DNA from: Candidatus Norongarragalinales archaeon
Lineage (GTDB): Archaea > Micrarchaeota > Micrarchaeia > Norongarragalinales > Norongarragalinaceae
Reading direction: 5' to 3'
Length of the DNA stretch: 64,000 bases
Assembly: GCA_038884755.1 (NCBI GenBank)
Contig: JAWABJ010000001.1
Location: 320,001 to 384,000 of the forward strand
Both the position numbers and the translations under genes were made by a program. Below the pieces are notes generated by a model that was not told the origin of the DNA, did not search any database, and was given only the letters and a program-made list of their open reading frames with translations. This document shows, in pieces, positions 1-9,435 of the stretch; position 1 is the first letter of the stretch; every line of letters begins with the position of its first letter.

Positions 1-1629
1 TAATGCAAGGCCTTCTTTTCCGTGCATCGCCGCAGTATGAACGGGCGAACGTGTTATTTCGTCGGCGTTTATTTCCACCACGTACTTAGGCACAACCCAG
101 ACGTCCGCGTCGATGAGCGCATCCACGTTCGCGGGCTTTTCTTTCAACGCGATTTTGCTCAGGGTTTTCTCGAACCATTGCATCTGCTCTTCGCTGAAGC
201 CCGTGCCTATTTTGCAAATCGTCCGGAAACGCTTTTTGCTTTCATCGTATATCGCAGTGAGCAATCCTCCAAAACCGAATTTGGTTCTCTTTCCTTTTCC
301 CAAGTAATATCCTACGATAACGCCGTCCACAGTATCGCCCAGTCCCTTGCCGTAAGATTTCTTGAGTTTTATCCACGCGAACTTGCGCGCTCCTGCAGTA
401 TACGGTGCCGTTAAGTCCTTCGCGATTATGCCTTCCAGCCCCTCGCCGACCACTTCCTCGAAAAACTCCTGTAGTTTTTGCGGGGTTTTCGCAATTACGT
501 ACTGCGAAGGCACTACAGTTTTTCCGGTGCCGAAAAACCTGTCGATTGTTTTCCTGCGTTCTGCATACGGCGCATTCGTGTAGTCTTTCCCGTCCAAAAG
601 CAAAACGTCGAAAACGAAAAACTTCAAAGGCAAAACTCTCGCTTTCTCTTCAATACCGTGCTTGCGCTTGCGCTGGATTGTGGCTTGAAAAGGGAGAAAT
701 TTTTTGGTTTTCTCGTCGAAGGCGATGGCTTCGCCTTCGATGATGAATTCCTTGCTTTTGTTTTTCTTGAATTCCTCGTAGAGGTCGGGAAACATGTGCG
801 TCATTTTCTCCAAACGCCGCGAGTAGATTTCTATTTTTTCGTTTTGCTTGTGCACTTGCAGCCTGAATCCATCGTATTTTGCTTCTACAGCGCACTCTCC
901 GATTTTCTCGATGATTTCCTCGGCAGTTCCAAGCCGTTCGGCTAACGCCGGCTGGATTGGCGAGAATGGCGAAGCCTTGATGTGCTTCAAGCCTTCAATC
1001 CCGCTTTCGAAAAACAATTCCGCTATAAGCCCCAGGTCGCTCGTGAAATTGTACGCCCTTTCCAACTCTGGGCGCAGGCTCTTGTCTTTAGTTTGCGTAA
1101 AGCTCAACGCGTCTATGACCGTTGCTTCGCCGGCGCCCAAACGCAGTTTGCCTGTCACAAAACGGATTATGTATTTTGCTTCGAGTGGCGTGGCGTTGCC
1201 CAGCAAATCCGCCAAGAGTTTTATTTTCAATTCTTGGCTTCCGCTGCCTGTTGAAGTCGCTATCTTGTAAAAGTTTTCGTAGACTTTTTCCGTCGAGAGT
1301 TTTGACGCCCCAAGCTTGTGCTGAGTTTTGGTTTTCAAAAGCTCTTGCGCCGTATCCCCGAGATCGCCGCTCTTGCGGTAGTGGGTTTCAACCTCTTTAG
1401 GTGTTTTTCCCGACACGAGAGAAATGGATTGCACGCACAATTTGTCTCCCATTCCCAATTCTATTCCATAGTGTTGGGGCACGAGCACGCCAGTAATCAA
1501 ATACACTACTTGTTTGACTTCTTTCTTCGAGCATTCGCTAAGGAGTCTAGCGATGTCGTCGGTTATTTCGAGTCGCTTGGTGGTTGAAGAAAGCTTCTCG
1601 AAAATTTCCGCGAGGCGCGAGAAGTCCAT
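1..1629 (-). CDS. lig: ATP-dependent DNA ligase (3' end runs off the window)
   Basis: Manual translation from ATG 1629: MDFSRLAEIFEKLSSTTKRLE..., adenylation motif EAKYDGFR, EGIIAK, WIKLK, KIGTGFS. Not in the ORF track because no stop lies in the window. Confidence 0.95.
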   Translation of the reverse strand, partial: MDFSRLAEIFEKLSSTTKRLEITDDIARLLSECSKKEVKQVVYLITGVLVPQHYGIELGMGDKLCVQSISLVSGKTPKEVETHYRKSGDLGDTAQELLKTKTQHKLGASKLSTEKVYENFYKIATSTGSGSQELKIKLLADLLGNATPLEAKYIIRFVTGKLRLGAGEATVIDALSFTQTKDKSLRPELERAYNFTSDLGLIAELFFESGIEGLKHIKASPFSPIQPALAERLGTAEEIIEKIGECAVEAKYDGFRLQVHKQNEKIEIYSRRLEKMTHMFPDLYEEFKKNKSKEFIIEGEAIAFDEKTKKFLPFQATIQRKRKHGIEEKARVLPLKFFVFDVLLLDGKDYTNAPYAERRKTIDRFFGTGKTVVPSQYVIAKTPQKLQEFFEEVVGEGLEGIIAKDLTAPYTAGARKFAWIKLKKSYGKGLGDTVDGVIVGYYLGKGKRTKFGFGGLLTAIYDESKKRFRTICKIGTGFSEEQMQWFEKTLSKIALKEKPANVDALIDADVWVVPKYVVEINADEITRSPVHTAAMHGKEGLAL

Positions 1630-1679
1630 ATTTATTTTAAATCAAAAACCTCCTTTAATTCAATAGGGTTTGGAGGAAA

Positions 1680-2339
1680 ATGCGTTTCAAAAAACCGGTT
1701 GTTTTGGGTGTATCGCACTCCGTAAACTCTCCGGATTATTCTAGACTAATTGCTTGGATTGACGGGAACGTTAAGCCGGGAATGAAGGTGGGCTTGGAGT
1801 ATCCCGCTTCTATAAAAATAGTTTCGGACTCTGAACGGCAGTTTCTTAAAGTTCCGTCGTTTTACAGGGGAAAGCTTGCAGAAAAAAGGGATTTTTTTGC
1901 ATCCGACCCCCAGCACCAGTTTTTTTTGAAGATTATAGCTGCGATTCAAAGGAAGGGCGCCCAAGCGGTTATGCTTGACTCTTCAGAACTTCTTGACGAG
2001 CATAGCGGGCTTGAGGAAAAAAAGCGTTTGTTTGGCGTTTTTCATGTCCCCCTGGGAATGTTGCATGAAATCACGAAGGTTTCCGCAGTGAGAAGCGCTT
2101 TCATGCTGGAACGAGCTTTGAAAAACCAAACCGACGTTATGATTGTCGGCTCCATGCATGCTGCCGACTTTTCCCGCCATGTTCCCAGACTGGTAGGCAA
2201 GGTGATTTCCCTAGATTCTAAGTTAATGTGGTGGTTTGTAAAGGCACTAACGTTTCTTGAATACCATACTACCGCCAAAGCCCAAAAAAACGCCATTAAA
2301 ACTTCATTTCAGAGGCTGAACGAAACCTATTTGAAATAG
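1680..2339 (+). CDS. Hypothetical protein, possible TraB/TIKI/ChaN-superfamily fold
   Basis: 219 aa; ordered motifs LGVSH, VGLE, R..FM and IVGSMH resemble the superfamily's H/E/R/H pattern. Confidence 0.5.
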   Translation: MRFKKPVVLGVSHSVNSPDYSRLIAWIDGNVKPGMKVGLEYPASIKIVSDSERQFLKVPSFYRGKLAEKRDFFASDPQHQFFLKIIAAIQRKGAQAVMLDSSELLDEHSGLEEKKRLFGVFHVPLGMLHEITKVSAVRSAFMLERALKNQTDVMIVGSMHAADFSRHVPRLVGKVISLDSKLMWWFVKALTFLEYHTTAKAQKNAIKTSFQRLNETYLK

Positions 2340-2353
2340 AACTTAGCTCGGGT

Positions 2354-2560
2354 TCAATACTCGCCGCTGTCGCCTTCGAAGTCGCCCGCGTCGTCGTCCC
2401 AGTCGCTCTTCCACTCCTTAGACTCCTTCATTTCGTCCCACGTCATGGAAAACTTGTCTTTGCGCTTTCCCTTTTTTTGCTTAGAGTTTTTTGGCGCCGC
2501 GCGTTTTTTGGCTTTACCGCGCTTTGGAGCTTTCTTCGCTTTCGTTTTTTTCTTGACCAT
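2354..2560 (-). CDS. Small protein with basic N-terminus and acidic C-terminus
   Basis: 68 aa: MVKKKTKAKK... ending WDDDAGDFEGDSGEY. Confidence 0.6.
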   Translation of the reverse strand: MVKKKTKAKKAPKRGKAKKRAAPKNSKQKKGKRKDKFSMTWDEMKESKEWKSDWDDDAGDFEGDSGEY

Positions 2561-2671
2561 CGTTTTTCAAACCCTTTTCGCGTCGTCCGCAAAACTGAAA
2601 AAATAAAGCAAGTCAGTATAAAAGCTTTGCTAACGCAGCGGTTAAAAACTCGCGAGCGCAAGGAATTGTTT

Positions 2672-3220
2672 ATGGACCAACGCACGGAATACATCCTCTC
2701 GCGCTACCACTCTTACCTGCAGAACAGACGCAAGCCCGAAAGCTTTTGGGGAAAGTTCTTGCGAAGGACTTCAATCCGCGCGAAAGGGTTTTTCAAGCAG
2801 CCGGTCGAATCTGCGATTTATTACACCCTATCGGCGCTTCCGATTCCGTTATGGAGCGAGCAGGACGCGGCGCAGGTTACGGAATGGTTTTCACGAAATG
2901 CCCTCGGCAGCAAAAGCGGCTTCGAAGCGCCCCACGCGCCGAGCGAGAGGGAAGAGTCGCTGCTCAAAAGCGTGGCTGTCAAAGAATTCAAAAGGTTTTT
3001 GGCGCAAGACCCGGCCGCAAAATTGCAGCTTATGCAACACTACCAGGAAAGGCACGGAGAGGTTCCCAAGGAAATCCACGCAATCCTCCCGCGCGCCCCT
3101 GTTTTCAGGAAGCCCGCTGGAAACTCGAATTTGGTTCACACCCTCGCGGCGGCAAGGAGGGAACAGTCGGGAAGGGCGGTGTTGCGCAGCCCTCCGCGCT
3201 TGAAATACGCCTTTAAATAA
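2672..3220 (+). CDS. Hypothetical protein
   Basis: ATG at 2672 within ORF 2477..3220; T-run follows the stop. Confidence 0.65.
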   Translation: MDQRTEYILSRYHSYLQNRRKPESFWGKFLRRTSIRAKGFFKQPVESAIYYTLSALPIPLWSEQDAAQVTEWFSRNALGSKSGFEAPHAPSEREESLLKSVAVKEFKRFLAQDPAAKLQLMQHYQERHGEVPKEIHAILPRAPVFRKPAGNSNLVHTLAAARREQSGRAVLRSPPRLKYAFK

Positions 3221-3252
3221 TTCTTTTTTCCTAATCGAGTCCGGTTGGCGTA

Positions 3253-3705
3253 ATGAAAATTTCACTCTTCCTAGGAATAGTCGTTTTCGTGATTTGCTTC
3301 GGCGGAGTTTTGTATTTGAATTCTTCCAACCCAGAAGGAAAGCTTTTCGTTTTCACCCCGCCGTACAATTACGTTGTCGGCGACACGCTGAGTTTTTTCA
3401 ATTCCTTCCTTTTCGTTTTCATCCTGTCCGCGGCTTTTTTTGGCATAGCCGCGCCAATAGCGTTGGGAATGGAGGGGTTGAAATACGCTTCCCTGCTTTC
3501 AGCGGGGCTCATGCCAGTTTACGACGTTCTCTTCGTGATACCCTCATTGTTGTCCGCCTACTCGGCTTCGCTCTTGGGGCAAGGGGCGATTGAAGACTAC
3601 CAGGGTAAGGGAAGCGTTTTCGGGCACTGGCAGGATGCGGTGAAATGGTTTGCCGTCGGAACGGCGATTCTTGTGATTTTAATACTCGCGCGCGGTTATT
3701 TGTAA
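3253..3705 (+). CDS. Multi-pass membrane protein (weakly SpoIIM-like)
   Basis: 150 aa, about 4 hydrophobic segments; first gene of the membrane-protein run. Confidence 0.7.
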   Translation: MKISLFLGIVVFVICFGGVLYLNSSNPEGKLFVFTPPYNYVVGDTLSFFNSFLFVFILSAAFFGIAAPIALGMEGLKYASLLSAGLMPVYDVLFVIPSLLSAYSASLLGQGAIEDYQGKGSVFGHWQDAVKWFAVGTAILVILILARGYL

Positions 3706-3719
3706 GAGAGGTTTTTAGA

Positions 3720-4172
3720 ATGCTGCAAGCGCTGTTTCCGAATTTCGTGTTGTTCGGCGGGTTTTTCGAAATTTTCGAGACGCTGGGAGAATTAGACTTC
3801 GTGATTCGCGTGATGGTCTTTTCCTACATTCTCTTTTGGCTTTACACCACTTTCATGCCCGCTCGCGCGGACTTGCTTTTCGGAATCGGCGGCATAATCG
3901 CGGGATACTTGATTTTCGCGCACGGCGTTTCAATAACTTTGATAGTGGCGTTTTTCGTGCTGTTCATAGTCGGCGGCATGATGATACAACAGGTTTTGAT
4001 GTTCGGCCTGCTGCCTTTGCTGGGATACCAGTACGTGGGCGACAGGTTCATGAAGGCGAACGAGCTTCACGGAAGCCCGTCGAACGCCGAAGCTTTGGCA
4101 AAGCAATACTACAGTCCGGGAATGGCGATGCTGGGCAGTCGAATGGTCGAACAAGAACAGCAACAAAGGTGA
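3720..4172 (+). CDS. Small membrane protein (paralog group A)
   Basis: GAGGT SD before ATG 3720; 3-4 transmembrane (TM) segments; Q-rich tail. Confidence 0.75.
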   Translation: MLQALFPNFVLFGGFFEIFETLGELDFVIRVMVFSYILFWLYTTFMPARADLLFGIGGIIAGYLIFAHGVSITLIVAFFVLFIVGGMMIQQVLMFGLLPLLGYQYVGDRFMKANELHGSPSNAEALAKQYYSPGMAMLGSRMVEQEQQQR

Positions 4173-4181
4173 AAATCGAAA

Positions 4182-4541
4182 GTGCTTGACGGGTTTGCTG
4201 CATTTGCGGTTTTTTCAATAATCGACGACATAGTGAATTTGATTACTTGGAGCTGGTGGCTTTGGCTTTTCTTTCTCGCGTGGTACTTTTACAAGTGGGC
4301 GCAAGACCACTTGGGTTTTTCGCCCATACTGGCGTTGGCGGTGGGTGGAATTTTGATTTACTTCCTCGTGATAGAACACCCGATAATCGGAACGGTGTCT
4401 GTTTTCACTTGGATGCTGTTGATGAGCGGAATACTGTTCCTGCTGCCGATGGTGACGGCGTTGTTCAACACGTTTTTCCACCATCCGCCGCAAATGCAGC
4501 AGCCGCAGCAAGGAGGTTTCGAGCAACATGGCTATACGTAG
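4182..4541 (+). CDS. Small membrane protein (paralog group A)
   Basis: GGTGA SD, GTG start; YKW..DHLGFSPILALAVGGILIYFLVIEHP. Confidence 0.75.
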   Translation: MLDGFAAFAVFSIIDDIVNLITWSWWLWLFFLAWYFYKWAQDHLGFSPILALAVGGILIYFLVIEHPIIGTVSVFTWMLLMSGILFLLPMVTALFNTFFHHPPQMQQPQQGGFEQHGYT

Positions 4542-4938
4542 GCGTTTGAAGATACTCAGGGGGTATTACATTTCCGCGCACAGGCAGCGCATGGATTTTT
4601 TCAACTGGAAGTGGCGCTTGTTCGTCATACTTCTTGCCTCTCTTTTGGTGTTGTTCATAAACGATTACTTGCAGGCGAAGTACGTCGGAACCGTGGCTTT
4701 CGAAGCGAAAGCCGACGGCTCGCTCGAGGCGGCTGCCTATGCAATGCCCGACAAATTATTCAATTGGTTCATGACCGGCGTTCTTTTCGGCATAGTGGCG
4801 TTGGCGGTTTTGTATGAAGGCGAGTTCATTCTCGGGCTGCGCAAGATGATAGCGCGTTTCGAAAAACAGGCTGAAACTCAATTCGGGAGGGTGGCGGGAG
4901 TGCGGCAACGAAAGGCTGTTAAACAAAGAAGGAAATAG
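4528..4938 (+). CDS. Small 2-TM membrane protein (alternative start 4591)
   Basis: Two hydrophobic helices and a basic C-terminus; overlaps the previous gene. Confidence 0.7.
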   Translation: MAIRRRLKILRGYYISAHRQRMDFFNWKWRLFVILLASLLVLFINDYLQAKYVGTVAFEAKADGSLEAAAYAMPDKLFNWFMTGVLFGIVALAVLYEGEFILGLRKMIARFEKQAETQFGRVAGVRQRKAVKQRRK

Positions 4939-4953
4939 GATTTTGTGTAAAAA

Positions 4954-5265
4954 ATGCTCGAGCTCCTTTCTTTCATTCCCGTTTTCTTATTCGACTTTAT
5001 CGAAGCCCTCACGGTCGTGATAATAATCATCGACTTCATCATGGTTTACAAGTATTTCTATCCTGAAGTCGTTGGCTCGCAGATTCTCGGCATAGTGATT
5101 ACCACCATAATCACTTTCCTTTTGATAATCCCCTACCCGTTCATGGCCTGGGTGGTGTTCTTCATTACTTTCGCCTACTCTTTCTTCTGGGGCTTCCAGC
5201 CTTGGACTTGGGCCAAGGACGAGCCGCTTGAGGGGGACAGGCAAACGGCCGAGCAAGGACCGTAA
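4954..5265 (+). CDS. Small membrane protein (paralog group A)
   Basis: YKYFYPEVVGSQILGIVITTIITFLLIIPYP parallels the 4182 protein. Confidence 0.75.
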   Translation: MLELLSFIPVFLFDFIEALTVVIIIIDFIMVYKYFYPEVVGSQILGIVITTIITFLLIIPYPFMAWVVFFITFAYSFFWGFQPWTWAKDEPLEGDRQTAEQGP

Positions 5266-5280
5266 GGAGTGTAATCGCCA

Positions 5281-5565
5281 ATGGATTTTACGGCTCTCTT
5301 CATAGTAGTCCTCATGATACTGGCGGCGAAAACCGGACTGCTTTGGATTGCAGTAGGCTTAGGCGTGTTGCTTTTGGTGACGTCGAAAGGCTCTTATGCT
5401 ATTGCAGCCGCGCTTTTGGGAATAGGCGTTGCCGCGGCAATTTATTTCCTGGGCGAAAGCGACTTGAGCTTTTATGTCATGGTCGGAGGCTTGGGCGTGG
5501 TGCTATTGATTTTGGCCAAGAAAGAGTCAGACCAGCCTTCGGGCTACTACCCGCCTGCAGTTTAA
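5281..5565 (+). CDS. Small 4-TM membrane protein
   Basis: 94 aa, nearly all hydrophobic; AGGAG SD. Confidence 0.75.
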   Translation: MDFTALFIVVLMILAAKTGLLWIAVGLGVLLLVTSKGSYAIAAALLGIGVAAAIYFLGESDLSFYVMVGGLGVVLLILAKKESDQPSGYYPPAV

Positions 5566-5626
5566 AGCACGCTGCGTAATGCAGAGATTAACACGTTTTA
5601 AAAGCAAGATTGAATCTTATTCGTAC

Positions 5627-5980
5627 ATGTCTTGGCTTTTGGCAGGCGCGCTTTTCGCGATAGGAATCCTGCTTTTGGATTCGTCCCAGTTCATCGGCTT
5701 TCTCACCATTCTCGCCGGAGTTTTCGCCTTGCTCGTCAAGCCCTCGCGCGCGGCGCATGCTGTCGCAGCACCACAACAGGCTTACTCCCAGCCGCAAATA
5801 ATAATAAAATCCGGGGGCCACGCGCCCAACCTCGAGAGGATAAAACTAAGGGTAAAGGAAGGGTGGACGGGAACGACTTCTTACGAAGACCTGATGACCA
5901 ACCTTTCGGACTTGGTGCTGTTTCCCGTGAAAATACTTTGGCGCTTGCTGCGAATCGGAAGGGGTGCCAAGAAAAAATGA
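5627..5980 (+). CDS. Small membrane protein (paralog group B)
   Basis: 2-TM hairpin, then PQIIIK, IKLRVKEGW and an amphipathic tail; TTTTAAAA about 25-30 nt upstream. Confidence 0.7.
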   Translation: MSWLLAGALFAIGILLLDSSQFIGFLTILAGVFALLVKPSRAAHAVAAPQQAYSQPQIIIKSGGHAPNLERIKLRVKEGWTGTTSYEDLMTNLSDLVLFPVKILWRLLRIGRGAKKK

Positions 5981-6324
5981 ATTTGCTCATGCTCGCGGTG
6001 CTTGGAGTTTTGGCCTGGTACTCGTTCGAAAACGGGCTGGAGTTTTTCGGGGTTCTCGTGATAATAGCGGGCGTCTTGTTTTTGCTTACCGGCAAGCCAG
6101 AACGGAGCGTGCAGCACGGCTATTCTCCCGCTTTGCAGCCTTTGGTCATCGAGGACGACGGCACGCCCGGCGGCACGAAAGAAATAAACATGAAAGTTAA
6201 AAAGTGGAAGGACAGGTGGTCTGGCCACCCCAACGAATACGCCTTCCAGCACGTGGGACTGGCGTTGAACAACATCGCGCGCAGTTTCCTCTACATTCTG
6301 GGCATAGAAAAAGACAAAAAGTGA
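5977..6324 (+). CDS. Small membrane protein (paralog group B)
   Basis: ATGA overlap with the previous gene; 2-TM hairpin, QPLVIE, INMKVKKW. Confidence 0.7.
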   Translation: MNLLMLAVLGVLAWYSFENGLEFFGVLVIIAGVLFLLTGKPERSVQHGYSPALQPLVIEDDGTPGGTKEINMKVKKWKDRWSGHPNEYAFQHVGLALNNIARSFLYILGIEKDKK

Positions 6325-6338
6325 AAAGCTGGTGTGTC

Positions 6339-6659
6339 ATGGACGCGTCTTCTTTCTCTCTCGTTCTCTTCATTCTCGCGGGATTGAGCCTGCTCAGCGG
6401 GCTCGAGTGGCTTTTCGTGGTTTTCGTTGCGCTTGGCTTGGCTTTGCTTTACTACGACCGCAACTCGCCGGTCGTTGAAGAAAAGCAGGCGCCGGAGCAA
6501 AAAACCTCCCCCGCGTCCGCGCAGCAGGTTGTAATAGTAAGGCAGGATTCCAGCTTGAGCGACGCGATTGCGGACAAGATTGTCGAGCACACCAAGCTCG
6601 AGCACTTGACCGGGACGAAACGCGAAATAGCCGAGCTCAAGAAAAAACTCAAGAAATAA
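6339..6659 (+). CDS. Small membrane protein (group B-like)
   Basis: GGTG SD; 2-TM hairpin, QQVVIVR, helical basic tail. Confidence 0.7.
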   Translation: MDASSFSLVLFILAGLSLLSGLEWLFVVFVALGLALLYYDRNSPVVEEKQAPEQKTSPASAQQVVIVRQDSSLSDAIADKIVEHTKLEHLTGTKREIAELKKKLKK

Positions 6660-6680
6660 GTTTTTCAGCAGAGCGCGGGT

Positions 6681-6980
6681 TTAAACTAATCCGAGCTCTA
6701 TCCTCGCCTGTTCGCTCATTTTCTCCGGCGTCCACGCCGGCTCCCAAACTATTTCGACATCCACCTTTTCTACTCCCGGCATTTTCCCGACTTTGCTTTT
6801 CACTTCTTCGATTATTTCCGGTGCCATTGGGCACAACGGCGTGGTCATCGTCATTTTGATGGAAACGTTTTTTCCTTCGATTGAAACGCCGTACACTAGC
6901 CCCAAGTCGACTATGTTGAACGCTATTTCCGGGTCCAAAACCGTCTTCAAAACGCCCAAAACGTCTTTTTCAGAAACCAT
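6681..6980 (-). CDS. DUF59/SufT-like metal-sulfur cluster assembly protein
   Basis: VLDPEIAFNIVDLGLVY, MTMTTPLCP, WEPAWTPEKMS. Confidence 0.9.
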   Translation of the reverse strand: MVSEKDVLGVLKTVLDPEIAFNIVDLGLVYGVSIEGKNVSIKMTMTTPLCPMAPEIIEEVKSKVGKMPGVEKVDVEIVWEPAWTPEKMSEQARIELGLV

Positions 6981-7101
6981 TTTTCAAAACCCGCCAAAAA
7001 TCATTTTTCTTAGAATTGAATGTGAGCCGTTAGCTTTAAAAAGCGACTTTCGTTCTTAATTCGATAAGTTTAATTTAAAACCAATAGGCAGAGGGGGTCT
7101 A

Positions 7102-8964
7102 ATGAAATCTAGCAAAGTCTTCTTGTTTTTCATCGCTTTTTTCGCGCTCGCGAATATTGCCTTTGCGGCTAACGACGCTTTCGTCAACGCAAGCTTGGTT
7201 ACCACCGCAATCAAGGCGAACGACGTAGCCGCCAATACTACCGTAAACGGCAACGCTTCTTACAGCGTTTTGTTCAACACCTCTGCAACAGCCTACAACC
7301 GCACCGCTTTCAACATCACTTTTCCCGCCGGGTTTATCATGACCAACGCCATGCCCGCAAACCGGAGCGGAACCACCGGATTTTTCTACCTCAACGGCAC
7401 TTACAACGGCTCGCTCGGCTACACTTACCGGGTGACCGGCCAGGTTTTCGAGATTTTCGTGATAATAAACGCCTCCCAGCCTGTAGCGAACTGGTCTAAC
7501 ACGAACATCAACGTCACCATCGCAAACGTCCAGAACACGAACGTTTCCGCAACCTACCAGACCACAGTCCGCGCTTTCGATTCGGCGCAAAGCAACATGA
7601 CCACCGAAGGGCCTAACGTTTCAGCCGCCTTCAGCCTCGACACTTATCCCGCCTACAACATAAGCATAGCTTACGGCGACGGGCAAAGCGGCACGGTCAA
7701 CACTTCCCTCACCACCAACATCACCGCACTGGTGACCGACAATTTCGGGAACGCGATTGGCAGTTATCCCGTGAACTTCACCGCCCTCAACTTTACCTTG
7801 TACGACGGGAGGGTTGGAAAGAACGGCACTCACGCGACAATGTACCAGTCTCTCAACGCCACGACGAATTCCACCGGCCACGCCGGCATCCTGGCGTTCA
7901 TAGGCAACACCACGCTCAACACTACAACCGCGCGCTACGGCTACAACGCTACGGGCTTTAACCTGACTATCAACGCCACTTCCTACCAAATCCCGACCGC
8001 CTCGAGGATTTCCTACTATCTCGTGACTCCTTCCACCACGAGCACTACTACGGACACGGCGTTCACCATTCTCGTGTCTTCATACGACCCGTTCCACAAC
8101 ATCAACGGCACCAGCGCTTGGAACGGCACTCTCAACATGTCTTCAAGCGAAAGCATCGCGACCCTCACGTATTCCACAGACGGAACTACTTACGTCGCTT
8201 GGCCTAGCGCGGGCGTAAACCGGGCTCTGACCAACGGAAACGTGACCACGTGGTTCAAGCAGTCCATCAACGCCGACCTGACTTTCAACTTTACCGACAC
8301 CGGCGCAACGCAATCGACGGGCGTTTCCGCGCAAGTGCAAGTGCGAAGCGGCGGAGTAAACGGCGGTGGTGGTGGCAGCAGCACTCCAACTCCGACTCCA
8401 ACCCCGACGCCCACTCCAACCCCGACAGCAACGCCGTCCCCCTCTCCTGCCCCGCGTTTCGAACGCAACGTTGACTCTTCGACCAGCGTGGTGGGAGTAT
8501 TCGGCTCTTCGAGCACTTCCTTCACTCTCACCTACACTGCAGGAAGCGGCGGGTTTTACGGGGACTTGACCTGGCGCCTGCCTTTCGATTATGCCGATTT
8601 CCAAGCAGGAAAAATCACCTTCAATCCGGCTCCCAAGCGGGTGATAAAAGGAAGCGTTCTCGCAACGTGGGAGAACGTAGACTTGAAGGAAGGCGAAAAG
8701 CTTACTGTGGGCATAACCGTTAACCAAGCGATGGATTCGAGCGTCATGCAGCAGTTCGCCAAGCCGAGCTTGAGCGCAAAGAAAAGGCCTTTGCCAACCC
8801 CAACCCCTGTAGTACAGCCTTCCGTTGCGCCCACTGCGACGCCGAAAGCCGTAGCCCAAGCGCAAAAGGCCGACTACACGCTTTGGATAATACTGCTCGT
8901 GCTCCTGATTGCGGGCGGGTATTACTTCTTTGCGATGCGCAAGAAACGCGGGCTGTACAAGTAA
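7102..8964 (+). CDS. Secreted, C-terminally anchored surface glycoprotein (Ig/Big-like)
   Basis: Signal peptide, very many N-x-S/T sequons, GDGQSGTVN Big-like motif, G/S and (TP)n linker, C-terminal TM with basic tail. Confidence 0.85.
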   Translation: MKSSKVFLFFIAFFALANIAFAANDAFVNASLVTTAIKANDVAANTTVNGNASYSVLFNTSATAYNRTAFNITFPAGFIMTNAMPANRSGTTGFFYLNGTYNGSLGYTYRVTGQVFEIFVIINASQPVANWSNTNINVTIANVQNTNVSATYQTTVRAFDSAQSNMTTEGPNVSAAFSLDTYPAYNISIAYGDGQSGTVNTSLTTNITALVTDNFGNAIGSYPVNFTALNFTLYDGRVGKNGTHATMYQSLNATTNSTGHAGILAFIGNTTLNTTTARYGYNATGFNLTINATSYQIPTASRISYYLVTPSTTSTTTDTAFTILVSSYDPFHNINGTSAWNGTLNMSSSESIATLTYSTDGTTYVAWPSAGVNRALTNGNVTTWFKQSINADLTFNFTDTGATQSTGVSAQVQVRSGGVNGGGGGSSTPTPTPTPTPTPTPTATPSPSPAPRFERNVDSSTSVVGVFGSSSTSFTLTYTAGSGGFYGDLTWRLPFDYADFQAGKITFNPAPKRVIKGSVLATWENVDLKEGEKLTVGITVNQAMDSSVMQQFAKPSLSAKKRPLPTPTPVVQPSVAPTATPKAVAQAQKADYTLWIILLVLLIAGGYYFFAMRKKRGLYK

Positions 8965-8998
8965 AAAAGCCCCCTTCTCCTTTTTCTTCTTTTTATTT

Positions 8999-9018
8999 AA
9001 AAGCCCCAAAGGGCTTTT
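8999..9018. terminator. Intergenic hairpin, candidate terminator
   Basis: AAAAGCCC-CAAA-GGGCTTTT after a T-rich tract; a second hairpin TTACTAC..GTAGTAA lies at about 9042-9061. Confidence 0.45.
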
Positions 9019-9110
9019 TAAACCATTTAACCCCCTTCTTGTTACTACTTTTTTGTAGTAAGGTATAAAAAGGAGGGTTTTGCAAAAATCTATAACGAGT
9101 GGTTTTTGCA

Positions 9111-9398
9111 ATGGCCCTTGACGGAGAAACGCTGGTCATACTGATATTCATAATTCTAGCCGTAGGCACTTTGAACAACGGCGGCTGGAGCACCGACCAC
9201 CCGCTGGTGTGGGCCCCTGCGATGTTGGTGCAAGCGCCTTTCGCGTTGTTCAGCGCTATTTCTTCAACCGCGCCTTTGCTGGCGCCACTTGCATTAATAG
9301 GTCTGTTGGCTTACGTGAATTTCATAGGCGCCACGCTGGGCGAAGCGTTTTTGACCCTGGTGGTTTTCGGCTGGATAATCGTGTTCATGGGAGTTTAA
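9111..9398 (+). CDS. Small membrane protein
   Basis: GTGG SD, ATG 9111, about 3-4 TM. Confidence 0.7.
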   Translation: MALDGETLVILIFIILAVGTLNNGGWSTDHPLVWAPAMLVQAPFALFSAISSTAPLLAPLALIGLLAYVNFIGATLGEAFLTLVVFGWIIVFMGV

Positions 9399-9435
9399 AA
9401 AGCGGTTTGGACAGGGTTTTAATGGGCGCGTGCGT

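Noticed and set aside
8384..8450. Tandem DNA repeat
   Set aside because: It encodes a (Thr-Pro)n linker with varied codons, so it is a protein-level repeat.
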